A stretch of 64,000 nt of DNA from Felis catus. Lineage: Eukaryota. Position numbers and translations under genes: made by a program. Where the stretch lies: NCBI RefSeq assembly GCF_018350175.1, contig NC_058368.1, positions 35,838,001-35,902,000 on the forward strand, written 5' to 3'. Shown here in pieces: positions 13,267 through 26,514 of the stretch. Below the pieces are notes generated by a model. That model did no database searches, had not been told where the DNA came from, and saw nothing but the letters and a program-made list of their open reading frames with translations. How positions within the stretch are numbered: the first letter of the stretch is position 1; each line of letters starts with the position of its first letter.

Positions 13267-14465
13267 CAGACAGACACTCTCATCCCTGACATTAGAGACA
13301 GACGACATTGTGGGTCAGAAATTATAACCACCAAACTCATTTAATACCTATTACCTGCTGGGCACTGTGCTAGGTATCAAGGAACCATAGGTAAAGGTGG
13401 CTTCTGCCTTAAGCTCATATTCCAGTGAGAGAGACAACTACAGCAACAACTAACCAAGTGATAAAGGAGACAGAACACACCGAGTAACGGGGAGGATTGT
13501 TCTTTGACCAGGAGTAGGGCAGGAATGGGCTGGAAGGTGACATCTAAAAGGGAAACTTTGAAACCAGAGTGTGCCTGGAACATGGAAGGAGAAGAATCTA
13601 AATCAGATGGAATGACCTAAGATGTGGAACGACTAAAGCATTTTAGTTAGGAATGACGAATGTGGAGTTTATGGACAACTTGTAAAACTCAGAGCCTTTT
13701 TGTTCTAGAAAGGTTTCTTGCGGTAGTTGCTCTCATAAGAACTGACAACTTTAGCCTGCCAGGAAGGAAGTATTTTAAAACTTAGTTACTTTTTTGTCTT
13801 TCTTTTTCCTCCAGCTTTAACACACAGCCTGAGGTTTGTCAGCACGTTTAACAAGAACAAAGCTAAGAAAGTGAAAGAGAAGGCAAAAAAGAAGGGAGAC
13901 CAAAACCCAACATGGCAGGAACCAACACTATTTCAACCGTGGATATTGTTTAACCTGGGGTTAGCTGTCTTTTACAAAGAGAATGCCAAAGGTTTAACAA
14001 TTTCTTCTGGTGTATCTGGAGACAGTATTCCCAATAGTGAGAAAAATCTCTTAGAAGAGATATTGCAGACAAGTGAGCCAAGGGTGTTGGGTTCTGTCAT
14101 CATTTTAGTGGATAGAGAGAAGAAATAGTCACTAATGGGTGGTGTGTGAGATAAAGCTATTCATTGCTCAACTAATTACCTGTAAGCCAATGGTTACCAG
14201 TTCCTAAGGGAATGTAACATACGAGGTGAAACAAGGCTGCACAGATAAGTATAAGTTAAATTAAATTGTCATTAATTATAATCCCACCAACCAACAGTCC
14301 AGACTTTATTGAAGCAATGAGTTGCTGTTAGTGAGGGGACAGCAGATTGGACCCGGAGTTGGCTGGTCTAGGAGAACTGTCACTAGCAAACTGAGAAAAA
14401 ATGAAAGCATACAATCAACTTAACACTTAAGGATTTTCTAAAAAATTATTTTAAAAACAAATTTT

Positions 14466-14684
14466 ATTAAAAAAATTTGTTTTAATGTTTACTTATTTTT
14501 GAGAGAGCGAGAGACAGAGTATAAGTGGGGGAGGGGCAGACAGAGGGAGACACAGAATCTGAAGCAGGCTCCAGGCTCTGAGCTGTCAGCACAGATCTTC
14601 AGTGGGACTCAAACTCATGAACTGTGAGATCATGACCTGAGCCCCAAGTTGGACGTGCAACTGTCTGAGCCACTCAGGCACCCC
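14466..14684 (-). mobile_element. CanSINE
   Basis: Reverse-complement element with TSD aaaacaaatttt. Confidence 0.93.
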
Positions 14685-15170
14685 TAAAACAAATTTTCTA
14701 ATGAAATTTCAGCCAATTATGTTGGCTCTGCTTGTTTGGTACTTTTCACTAATGTGGAAACTATGTTTCAGGCTCTAAGTAAATAATTTGTAAGGATATG
14801 AATTGAAAACAAATCTTTTCAAGCACTAACTAGTTCATGTAATAATTTTTTTTTTACACTATAGGGTTAAAAAATTTAACAAATTTATTTTATTTAACAG
14901 CAATTCTGTCCATGCTCTATATTACTTTTACTCCAAATTTATTTTTAGTCACTAATACATTATCGATTTAATACATCTTACTGTAGATATCTTTTATATT
15001 CAAATCCATGAAATATTTTCCCTTTAGAGGGAAACAAACACCAAAAAAAGCACCAAAAATAAAACTATAAGCTAGTTAGGTTTTAATATCCCTGGAATTG
15101 ACACCAAGGTATTAAGCCTTGTTTTCATATTGAAACCTGATATTAAAACATGAGAAATATTACTCTGGAT

Positions 15171-15361
15171 CATTGTTTCCAAAATGCTCCTTTTCCAACC
15201 AGGGACATCTCAGGTCCATACAATAATCTTTTGAGAAATTTGTTTAAAAACTCCCTAGCCCCAGAAATTCTGATTCAGCAGGTCTCTAATGAGGCACATA
15301 AAACGATTTCTGAAAGAAGTTGCCCACTGATTATGACACAAGGCAAGGTTTGGAGCCACTG
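15171..15361. mobile_element. MER5-like hAT-Charlie MITE remnant
   Basis: ccccagaaattctgattcagcaggtct and terminal aggtttggagccactg. Confidence 0.6.
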
Positions 15362-15722
15362 ATATAGTTTTTCTTGTTATGTATAACTTATACTTTAAGT
15401 AGTGCTAGTTCCTAGCTTGACTACTTATTTCATGCAATGACTGACAAACGGAAACATGAATCTAAGTTTTAAAAATTAAAAAAAAAACTTGAACTATCAT
15501 CACCCAAAAGTTATCCAATCATACTGAGATGTGAAAAAAAAAAATCAGATAATATTGCTAAACTGTATATAAAACACACTTGGCTGAAAATACTTGGGAA
15601 AATAACTGTAAAAGTGAACCGAACTGTAAAACACAAAATTACTAAAAAATACCTAACAGGTTGCCAAGGTGACCCACATTACCAATTACCAATATGTGAG
15701 GAAAAAATCACCACCATTATTC

Positions 15723-16999
15723 TGTCAGGACTGTCTTTGAGGCATGTGTACTTAGGGAGGGATTTCTAGATAATGTCTTGGGAAAGCTTGACTGTGGCAA
15801 AGATCAAGAGGGATTGAGTCTTCTAAGACACATCCACACGAGGTAGAGATTTTGCAGCGAGATTTTAAAATCAGCCTGCTTCCATCTATGCATTGCTAGA
15901 ATGGTTCATCCACCTAGAGGGACATAGCTCCTTCAATCTTCCTTTCTTTAAAAGGAGGGACAAGGAATAAGCAGTCTGAATGGGAGTTCAAATAGAATTT
16001 TAAAGTTCAGGTCACTCATTGTCTCATCTTCCCAGTGGAGTGATTCTTTTAAGCCACATCAGGTCCTGTCTGGGGTCTGTCTCAGAACGAATCTCAAGCT
16101 AAAAGAGAGGGCCATCTAACTTCATGAGCACACACACAGCATCTCCTCTTGGATCTCTTGAGTTACGTCCTACTGTGGATGCACATTTGAATGATATACG
16201 ATTGTATTCTTCTCATTTCAGAAAGTGATTATCTTGCCATCCACACCAGACTGAGGGTAGGAGAGCCGGTTTGACCCCTGAATTCCTTTTCCTCATATTC
16301 AATTCTTCCTTCCCAGGTCACAGTCCTCAGGTAAGTCCCACTTCAATCAAGTGACCTGATTCTAAAAACCTATGGACTGCCACCTTCCACTAGAGATTGT
16401 TTGGAGAGGCTTTGGTTTGTTTTGGCCCAGATGACCTTTGATAGCCAGATGGTGGGCATGTTGCATCACTAAAAGCAAAGGTCTACAAACCATCCAGTAA
16501 GACAAACTGGGCAGCACCTTTTTATACTGGAAGGATATAGAACATAGTCAGCAATGGTAAGGATTCTGCCCCTGGAAGAAAGTTGGGGAGGGGGGCCCTA
16601 GGTACCACAAAGGGCTGGCCTTCCTGATGAGGTTTAATGTTAATATTATATGCTTTCAGGACACTCCTTGACATTAGAGCACTGCTCACCCCATATTCAG
16701 GTTTTAGCCCTTTCATCTCTTTGGCCATTAAGGAAAAGAACTTTGGCAGAGTGAAGATAGACTGTCTACTCTTATTTCTCCAGAGGGCTACTATGCCCTG
16801 ATCATGATGGAAATTTATCCTGCCAGTTATCATCCAGTCTACTGCTAAGTTTTGTGTTAACACAAATTCTCCCTGCCAAGGAAAAATGAATGTGCAGCCT
16901 CATTGTAAGGATATTTCAGACTTCGTTTGTTCTCAGAACCGTATGGGAGACCTAATCATTTGAGGGGGCTGAAAGCCATGACTGGTGATAAATTTGACA
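15723..16999. mobile_element. Probable ancient long solo LTR (LTR78-like)
   Basis: 1277-bp block with higher GC than its flanks, bounded by inverted TGTCA...TGACA. Family name is from memory only. Confidence 0.5.
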
Positions 17000-17156
17000 G
17001 TAATTTGATCTCTTTTGGCTGAGGAATTAAGAGTATTTCTTACCTTCTAGAGCTTTTTCCTTATTTATTATGCTGGGAATATAGTGTTTAGGGAATATAG
17101 CCAAATATTTTAAAGTTGAGAATTTAATAAAAATAAATTATTAAAAATATATTCCA

Positions 17157-17378
17157 GGGGCACCTGGGTGGCTCAGTCAGTTAAGCGTCTGGGGCTCAGG
17201 TCATGATCTTACAGTCTGTGAGTTTGAGCCCCACATCGGGCTCTGTGCTGACAGCTCAGAGCCTGGAGCCTGCTTTGATTCTGTGTCTCCCTCTCTCTCT
17301 GCCCCTCCCCTGCTCACACTCTGTCTCTCAAAAATAAACATTAAAAAAATATATATATATACACATGCATACATACAT
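17157..17378 (+). mobile_element. CanSINE with (AT)n/(ATAC)n tail
   Basis: TSD atatattcca at 17147-17156 and 17379-17388. Confidence 0.93.
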
Positions 17379-20300
17379 ATATATTCCATAGGGCTTATTA
17401 AGGAATATCCAAGATGTCCTGCATATAGAATTCACAAACAAGACATATACAATACACAAAAAATAATATTTGCTACATAGTTTATAGATACTTTGTCTTA
17501 ATTAAAAATTAGGACAAAAAGAAACAAATGGATCTTACAAAATTTCAACAATTTCAAGACTTCTCCTTGGAATTTATGGATTGGGTATCTCTTTTAATCA
17601 ATGAAATGGGACTAATTCGTTTAGTGTTTGAAGCACACAAATGACTCATGATCACTATCATCAGAAACTAATTTCTCCAGGGCACTGAATGATACTCTAG
17701 TGGCTGTCTCTCTGGAAAGAGCAGGACAAGTGATAAAAACAGTAAAAATACATGGAGTTCTTTCAAGGAAAAGAAAAAAATGACTTCGAATTGGAAGGCC
17801 TTCTTTCCCTGCTCTCCAGTAAAAAGGAATCTGTAGTTATGATAAGGCCACTTTTATACCAATTTTGACTATCTCAATACAAACATACACCTACAGCAAG
17901 GAACAGCTCAATCCAACAAGTGTATATTAGTTCCTCTAACGTTTAAGGACATTTCAGCCAGAATGCACCTTCTTCAGTCTTTTCAATTAAGGGACACACA
18001 CACTAAATTCATACTTTAAAAAAGTACCTTGGTATTTATTACTATGTTTACACAGTAGCTGGTTTTAAAAATCTCATGAACTTGACCATTTTTATGAGTC
18101 AATATACTTTTAAAGGAAGATGTAATAATATAATAGTACCTAACATATTTTCTTACCACTATAATTTCCCCCGCAAGGATGTATAACAATTAGGTTTTAC
18201 AATGAATTACTACATACCAGGTTTAAGAACATTTTCTCAAGACCACGCAATTGGTAGACTGTCACTTTGTCTTCTATTTTTCAAAGGGTACCTGTTCTCA
18301 CTCACACGGAGTTGATTTTCAGTTTCAACTCCTTTCTGGCATTTGAGAAGAGAGTTACCAATACTAACTGACTCTAATACCTATGTGAATTACAATTGGT
18401 TGCTTTCAACTAAATGAGTATTTTTACCTTAGGCCACAGTGATGTAGTTTCAGATGGAAATAAACGAAGAGCCATTGATATGTCTCCTACAGCCTCTGGG
18501 CATTCCAGTACTGAGTTTAGCCTGGATACACAGTTGTTATGATATGCCTGGCACCTACCTCTGAGGGACTGGTGTCAAATTAATCTCCATGTCATCAGTA
18601 CCTTCTCAACAGGTTTTAAACAGTCTTCTCTTTCCCTCTAAGTCCCAGATCAACAGTTGTCAGGGCCCGAGTCAAGCTGTGCTTCTGCCCACATAGTGGC
18701 ACTGTCAGCACTGTTGGCTGCTCAAATGATTTTTTAAGCAGAGCAGCCGGTTGCCTTCAGCAGCGATGCTTTTGGGGGCACTCAGTGCTGTTCACCCAGA
18801 GTCTCTGGCTGCTCTACAACTGTGCTAGTTAAGGGATCGACAGAAGGAACAACAAATGGCTACAATTAGCATCCACCCTGCTCCCGCAAAAGAATTTCAT
18901 TGCTATGGCAACAGGAGTTGCCCAGACAACACAGGGCTTTGGCTGGGAACAGTGTACTGCATTATACCAAGAACAGAACAAAATAGCCAGAGATCAAGCT
19001 CTCGCTTCACGGCACAAAGATCCCTGCCATCATATTTAAGTTTAATTAACAAGAACTGATTTCTTAATTTTGTGAGCCAAGGTTCTGGCTGTTAATAGCC
19101 TGAAACAAAATACCATTATTGATCCATTCTTTTAAAATCCAGTAAAATAATCAGAATGATTAAATTAGATTCTTCTTAACTTGATTTTCCTATTACCAAC
19201 CTTAAGAAACAGCCCCTACTTTTATTGTACAACAGTGTGATTTACAAGCCCATTTTTTTTGTTTTTTTTTTTTTTTTGCCTCAATTGGTTGCTATGATAC
19301 AAAGGTAAACAACCTGTGAAAAATTAACATGCACATGCTTACACTGGGATATTCAACCAAACTCTAGATGTCTGTAATTGTATGAAGGAAGGAGCAATGA
19401 TATCGAAGCAATTTTTATCAGGAACTATAATCTTGTAGGTCTTCTGAATTGTTTCAATCAAACTGGAGAATATCATACTGCTTTTGAAATAAACTTTCAA
19501 AGCAGAAAACTGAAAATATCTTGAAGTTTGCCTGGTGATAATATAAGTAAAATGGAAAAATTAATCTAAATGAGAAAAATAAGCTACCTTGGCTACCATT
19601 AAACCCCTCTGCAGTCAAGCTACATAATTGGATCACTGCCATTTTTTGCCATATAAACCATTCTGTGGGTCTGAGCTGGGAGCATTTCTTAATGAGCCAA
19701 GAAGAGGGGGATTAGGTAACAACAGACAACAACAGGGCAACGGGGCTAGCTGGAACAATTTGGGAGATGATGATCTCCTTTTCCTTCTTTTCTAAAATTT
19801 CTAAAACTCAAATATTTCCAGAGTACAGTCCTTTTCCCAGCCAACATCTTTGTCAGCCTGGGGCCAAACGTTATCCTCAGTAGTAATAGTTCACACTTAC
19901 TGAAGGCATAGTACTTGGCATAGCTAGTTGCATTTAGTTTTCACAGATTCGCTATAAAGTAGATATGATTTCTGCCCATTGACACGTGATGAAACCAAGG
20001 TGCAGGGAGATTCAGTAACTGCCAGCATCTAAGCAGCACAGCTGGAATTCAAAACCAAGTCTACCCTCTAGGATTCTCTTCAAGGATATTGTCAGCATTA
20101 CACTACAAGTACTAATAATGTAGTAATTTTAAAGCGGCAGCCTTTTCAGAATAATAGTAAGTACAGATTCTATAATGGGAAAAATCTATGTGAAAAGAAA
20201 ACTGGAAGTAGATATGATGAGCATAATGACACTTGATCAATTTGATCAAATTTCTTAAAGAATTATCCAGGGGTATGGGTGAGTGGAGAGAGAGAATTGA

Positions 20301-22224
20301 ACTCTTTGCTGACCACTTAGCACTGGTTTCGGAGCAAAACACTTGGAAAGGTACATATAAACAGTCTGAACAGAAACTGTATTCCTTAGTAACTTCTATA
20401 GACATTTATTTTCATTTCATAAACTATTACTTTAAATTGTAACCACTTTATTAGTAAGTAGCTACTAAATGAGAGGTAAGAATTTTACTAACTGGCAGAA
20501 ATAATCCCACTTTACAGCTCTTTAAAAACTGTCTTTGTAAACAGGCACACTTGACTCAGTCTGATTTTAATGTAATCTGATGACAAAGGGCAAAGATTGG
20601 AAAACTTTCCAGGCAATTCATCATTGGAGGTCTCTTTCATGAATCACTAGATATCTATTTATATAATTCTAATTTATGAAAAAAAGAGTTTTTGAAAATA
20701 ATCAAACTTCAGATAAAATGCAGTACAGTACAAAGTTTTGTTTTGCTTTTTTATGACTCCAAATGCTATAGTAATACAAGCCTGAAAAATAGTTTTTATC
20801 AAACTGATATTTTGGGACTCAAAACTGTGTTACACAGGGAAAATTACTTCATTTTGAACATGTTTGAACAGTGGCAGTATTGAGATTTTTGTGATAGAAA
20901 AAGAAGGTGTAAAATGAGAGGGAAGAAAAGCAAAGATCTTTCATGACACTGCTTAATGGCCAGTATTTTCCAAATAATGGCTAAATTTAAATTTTGATCA
21001 TAACTAAACTTGTCACTTATAATGATATAAATCCATTAAAAATATATGTGCAAAGAAACTCTGGTACAGTTGTGGCTTCTTTTCAATTTGGTATAGACAC
21101 GTTTCTTGTACTTATGGATATTTTAGGATAATAGAAGCAAAATTGTAAAAGTGTTCACCAATATGTTAAGATTAAACAAAGTAATGCATGTGAAAGCACT
21201 CTGAAAACTGTAAAGTGCTATAAAAATGTGTATTTCACTGAAAAAGTGTTAGCTTTTATGGCCTCAAAAGAGATCACCCTTGATGTTTACTTACTTTAAG
21301 TAAATCAATAGAGAAAGGAAGATAAAGTATATAAATTACCTATCTTTCTAATTCACTCCCTCCCCTTTCTAATCTATAAACCCTCATCTGGTCCATTTTC
21401 AGCCTTCTTTTTCTGGGACGTTTTTACTTTTTAGCTCTTTGGCTCATTTAAATACATGCTAAACTCAGGAGAAAAATCCCTTAGCTCATTTTCTCCATTT
21501 ACTCTGTCACAAAATAGTTAGAAAGTTAAACACAACTCCTTTTTTCACCTTATCTTTCTGCAGTCTAACTCTGATATTTTTGAGTGCATCTTCTCCAGAA
21601 AAAGTAATTTCCTGATTCCATCCAAAGATAGGCAATTTATTGAAGTAATTTAGAGATGGAATTTGCTGTCACAGAACCGGGTTTAATTCCTGGCTCTGTC
21701 ATTTATCAGCTTTACGATTTGGAGCAAGTTACTTAACCTTTCTAAGTCTCCGCTTGAGACAATGTAAATAATGCAGTCAACAATGTCTGACACGTAGCAA
21801 GTGGTCAAATACTGGCTATTTTATTCTTTTTGGAACCTTATTTTTCTAAGATAGGTTTCCATTCCACTCACCCCTTCTGTTGGGGGCAATCTATTCCCTC
21901 TTTTTCTACCAGTTAGCAATTACCAACTTGTAGACAGAAGTCCTGAGTTTGAATCTTGGCTCTGCCACTGAGTAGCTATAATTACCTAGAAAAGCACACT
22001 TTCCAATAATAAACATAGCACATGGAGAATGAAAATATAAACTGTTTGCATACAGAAAAACATGCTTCAACTTGTAAAAAAAAACCAAAGGTTCCAGATC
22101 AGTCACATTTGTCAATGAAGAAGGCAGATACCAAACCAATCATCCTTACGTCACTTGACGTCACCAGTCTTGTCAAACCAAACCTAAAATACCTTCTGCT
22201 GTCAATTTTCAACTAAGACTCTAA

Positions 22225-22415
22225 ATCATTACTATTTATTTGAACTGTTGTTATGTGTTAGGCTCTGTTGAGGATTTTCCAAGTATTACCTGATTTAAAT
22301 CCTTGCAACAAACCAAGGCAGGAATTAACAAGATCCCATTTTATGGGTAACAAGACATAGGCACAAAGAACAAGTAACTTGCTTAAGGTTACACAACTAA
22401 GAAGTAGCAGCTGGA
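22225..22415 (-). mobile_element. MIR SINE remnant
   Basis: atcccattttatgggtaac ... aagtaacttgcttaaggttacacaactaagaagtagcag. Confidence 0.6.
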
Positions 22416-22789
22416 ACTCTTAACTTTTACACAGTCATAGGCTCATTACATTCATCTGACCTATGAACTGTATTTTCAATGTTCCATTTTTGTACGTATA
22501 TTCTTATACGTTCTGTGTTGCTCATGCAGGTCATGTTGTATACATATTCTCTGTAGAGAATGTTCTCTGTAGAGAACTACCATGGAACCAGATTCAGCAC
22601 TTATTTTCAACTATTTAGAAGTCCTAGCACTTGATTCAATAACACATAACTTCTAAAGCACTAAATAAATGTTCACTGATAATGAAGAAAATGTGCATGG
22701 CCGGGGCAAAGTCAAGGTAGCATCACCCACATGGTAGAAATAATTTGCAATAAAACTATAAAATATTAAAACTTAATGAGCACAGTCTT

Positions 22790-22995
22790 AATTAGGAAAT
22801 TGAAAATCTCATTAAACTTGCAGATGATACTTAGGTGGGCAGGGGTTAAACACTCTAGAAGAAAGAAGTAGAATTTAAAACGACCTTGATAGATTAGAGA
22901 AATAGTTCAATAGAAACCAGATGAAGTTCAAATAAAAGAAGAACAAAACCAAAAACATACCACACAGACAAAAAATGGGAATGAGTGGCTATGCA
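22790..22995 (+). mobile_element. CR1/L3 LINE reverse-transcriptase fossil
   Basis: Translates LIKLADDT*VGR, then after a frameshift NTLEERSRI*NDLDRLEK*FNRNQMKF, matching the CR1 pattern IKFADDTKLG...IQNDLDRLEKW...MKFN. Confidence 0.8.
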
Positions 22996-23081
22996 CACTG
23001 ATGGAGAAAAACAACAAAAACCCAAGCCACAAAGAAACAAGCTGACTTTCTGTTGGCAATATGGGCTGTTTTTCTCTCCAT

Positions 23082-23457
23082 CAGTGGCTTCTAATTCTGG
23101 CTGCCCATGGAATCATAAGGGGCGTTTAAAAAATATAGTGCTTGGGCCTTATCCTTGATCAACGAAATCAGAATACATGGAGATAAGGCTCCAGGTTGCT
23201 GTTATTTAAAAACTATTGGGGCACCTGGGTGGCTCAGTCAGTTGAGCGTCTGACTTCAGCTCAGGTCATGATCTTGAGTTTCATGAGTTACAGCTCCACA
23301 TCAGGCTTGCTGCTATCTGCCTGTCACCGCAGAGCCTGTTTCGGATCCTCTGTCCCCCTCTCTCTACCCCTCCCCGACTTGTGCTCTCCCCAAAATAAAT
23401 AAATACATATCAAAAACTCTCTAGGTGTTTCTAATGTGGCCATGTTTCAGAACCACC
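23082..23457. mobile_element. MER5-like hAT MITE split by a CanSINE
   Basis: cagtggcttctaattctggctgcccatggaatca ... aaatcagaat ... [SINE] ... ctaggtgtttctaatgtg ... agaaccac. Confidence 0.65.
23218..23410 (+). mobile_element. CanSINE nested in MER5
   Basis: Canonical head and aataaataaa tail, short flanking repeat aaaaact. Confidence 0.92.
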
Positions 23458-23636
23458 AGAATACATAAGCAATCATAGCTTTTATATCCATATGAAGAGC
23501 CCTATAAAACTAATAACATATCTATCATTATGTATGATCAGATAGTGGGATATATGGTTTGCAAACTATTAAAAAAAACCCAACTGATATCAATGATAAT
23601 GATTCCAGAGATTCTATTCCAGATTCTAATCTAGAT

Positions 23637-23812
23637 CTGTGGTTCTCAATGTGCAGCTCTTGAATGAGCAGTCTCTGGGAATTGATGAGCTACGCAAATT
23701 CTCATGCCCACCACAAACCTACTGAATCACTAACTCTGGGTTTGACCCAGCCACCTGTGCTGTGATAAGCCCCCTGGGTGATTCTGATACCCGCCAAAGG
23801 TGAGAACCACAG
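23637..23812. mobile_element. MER5A-like hAT MITE
   Basis: Perfect 12-bp terminal inverted repeat ctgtggttctca / tgagaaccacag, internal acctactgaatca and ggtgattctgat. Confidence 0.85.
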
Positions 23813-24619
23813 CTCTAAGCTAAGGAGCCAACTTTCTTCTGTTTTCTTATAGTATCTGTTTTCCCTTACAATTACAGGATGTTATATGCCTTCTTTTGTA
23901 AGTCACCTCAAACTCTTCCTAGGAGCAAATACAATATATCAATTATAAATTTAAAGAATCATGTTTTAGCAATCACCATAATACACAAATACCTTTTTTG
24001 AAATATGTTTTATTAAATGGAGGCAAGTGGTAAATTTAGTGTGTGTGTGTGTGGGGGGGGGAAGTCTGTTAAAATTGGTGTTAAAATAGTCCAGAAGAAA
24101 AGTTAATGAATTAATTGGGTCAGTTTCTTTTCAATTGGCTCTGCTGGCATCACGTGGACAAAGGTGAGTCACAGATGTCCTTACACATTTCTTAAGCTGC
24201 TGCCTAATGGCCCAAAACCCCTGGGAAAGAAATACCAGTCCTGGTGAGATTCCAGCTACCCTTTCCTTAACCAGTTAGGTGCTTCTGGGATTTAGGTCTC
24301 TGATTTCCATCCCCCATCCCCACCTCATTACTCTAATAAATCAAGTATTAGTGGCATATATTAGCATTTATGGCCAAAATGTATAAATAAAACCTATACC
24401 TGGACTGGCAGCATTGAAAAATCATCACAGATAAACAGTAATAATAATTGCTCCTAGGAGATAACAATATTAAAGTTTATGATTTTTCCTTAGGGGATGA
24501 TAGCTTGCTAAGAAATACCCAGGAAGTTTCTTACCCCCTGCCCTCTCTTTCTTATCTCCCGTTCCCCACCATTTTGTCAGCTTTATTAAAAGATAGAAAA
24601 ATATACAATTTCACTGCTA

Positions 24620-25170
24620 ATTAAAAATGTAAAAAAATGAGATACCATATTGTCTAATTATAAAAAAATTGAAACACATCTAGAGCTTTTGAAAGGTTGA
24701 GAAATGGACATAGTCATAGGCTGCTGGGACGAGTATCATTTAATATAATACCTTCACTCTACACAGGTCAGTATGGCAATATGTATGAAAAGCCTTAAAA
24801 TTGTTCCTGTTAACTTATCCTAAAGAAATAGTGCTATTTATTATAATGATGAGAATTTAAGCGCCATGAAAAGGTCAAACCCTAAGAAAGCTGGTTAAAT
24901 AATGTATGGCCCAGACTTACTATGGGGATATTACACGACCATTAAAAATTATTCAAAGAGGAATTCACATTATATGGAAAAAACTCCTAACACAAGTTCT
25001 GCACAACACGTTTGAATTAAAAAAGTACATGTACATTAAAAATTAGTAAGACTGATGCCAAAAATGCTAATAATGTATATGTGAGGAGTCAGGTTATGGG
25101 TAGATTTTATTTTCTCCTTCATACTCTTCTCTACTTTTAAAATATTCTACTGTTGATAGATAATTCCTTA
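24620..25170 (+). mobile_element. Old L1 (L1ME-like) 3' fragment
   Basis: atgagataccat, atggcaatatgtatgaaaagccttaaaa, ggttaaataatgtatgg. Confidence 0.6.
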
Positions 25171-25753
25171 AAAATACCCAAATAAATTAGTTTCTAAATG
25201 AACTCAACACTTACTCTTAGTGAGTATATTTATATTTGATCCCAGATGGCAGCTTAATTGGTTCAAATGTAGTAATCAATATGGCCTAGATACTGATATA
25301 TAGATTCTGACATAACTGTTAATCAAATACAAATAACCAGTCTAAAGAAAATGAGTGGGAGGTGTAAATTGTAAAAGAATAATAACTAGTCAAATACCAC
25401 ATTTTACTGAGGAAGAAACATGGTTAAGTGACAGACTTTAGAACACATACTTAGCAAACCACCTATCCTTTCCCACTTCCATAGAATAGGGTCAACATTT
25501 AAAAAGAACAGTTTCTACTTCATATGAACTCTTTTTCAATTTAAAACTATCTTAATTAATACGCTGCAAATTTGGCCTTGGAATACAGCATATACTGTTT
25601 CGAGAAAAATAAAGAGTACTTTCCTAGGGAAACTTAAACATTCATTCCCTTAATTTTAAACCAAACTCATGAACAGTAGAATCAATGTGTTTGGGAGTAA
25701 ATATGAAGGATTTTTTCTTTGGTGATAGACTACGTATATAAAAGTAGTCTATA

Positions 25754-25950
25754 GGGGTGTCTGGGTGGCTTTGTTGGTCAGGCATCTGACTCTTGGTTTT
25801 GGCTCAGGTCATGATCTCACTGTTTGAGGGATCGAGCCCCATGTTGGGCTCCACACTCATAGCACAGAGCCTGCTTGGGATTCCCTCTCTCTTTCCCCAC
25901 CTCTCTCTCTCAAAAAAAAAAACAAACAAACTTAAACAACAAAAAAAAGT
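25754..25950 (+). mobile_element. CanSINE (older, shorter)
   Basis: Head and A-rich tail, TSD aaa(g/t)tagtctata. Confidence 0.88.
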
Positions 25951-26514
25951 AAAATTAGTCTATAAAGAATCCACTCAAATTTTATCATAAATTAAACCTA
26001 CATGTGTTTTAAGTTTGTGACTTGGAGACTTCACCCCCAATACGTTTGTGAGCTACCAGTCGAGGACAAGATTTTATGGCAATAGTTCACCACATGCACA
26101 CAGTATTTCCTGGTTAGTAATAAATATTGAGATATGATGGAGCGTACATCGACTGAAGAGTTGAGATGCCTGGTCAGCTTTTCTAGAAGAATGTTCTTGG
26201 AGTGTCAGCAGTTCAGAGACACTAGAAGGGCCTGGATTGCTATCACATGACAACAAAGACAGGTGCACCAAAGGAAGTTAACAGAAGAGGATAAGCTGCC
26301 AGCAGTTTACAACATGCTTACTCTTTCAATGGATAATGCTGACCAGACCTGTCATTCTAAGGCTTCTTAGTGGGAGATCTGAGGGATCTATACAATTTAT
26401 AAAACTATAAAATGACACAATCTTTCCTATAATAGGCCAGTAGGACATCAGTTTTAGGATGGAATTCTAAGTTGTGTCAAAATCTATTTGTAATATGAAA
26501 GACATCTGTGAGCC

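Noticed and set aside
25236..25256. CTCF-like ccagatggcagc (and agggggcg near 42405)
   Set aside because: Only partial matches, expected by chance at this length.
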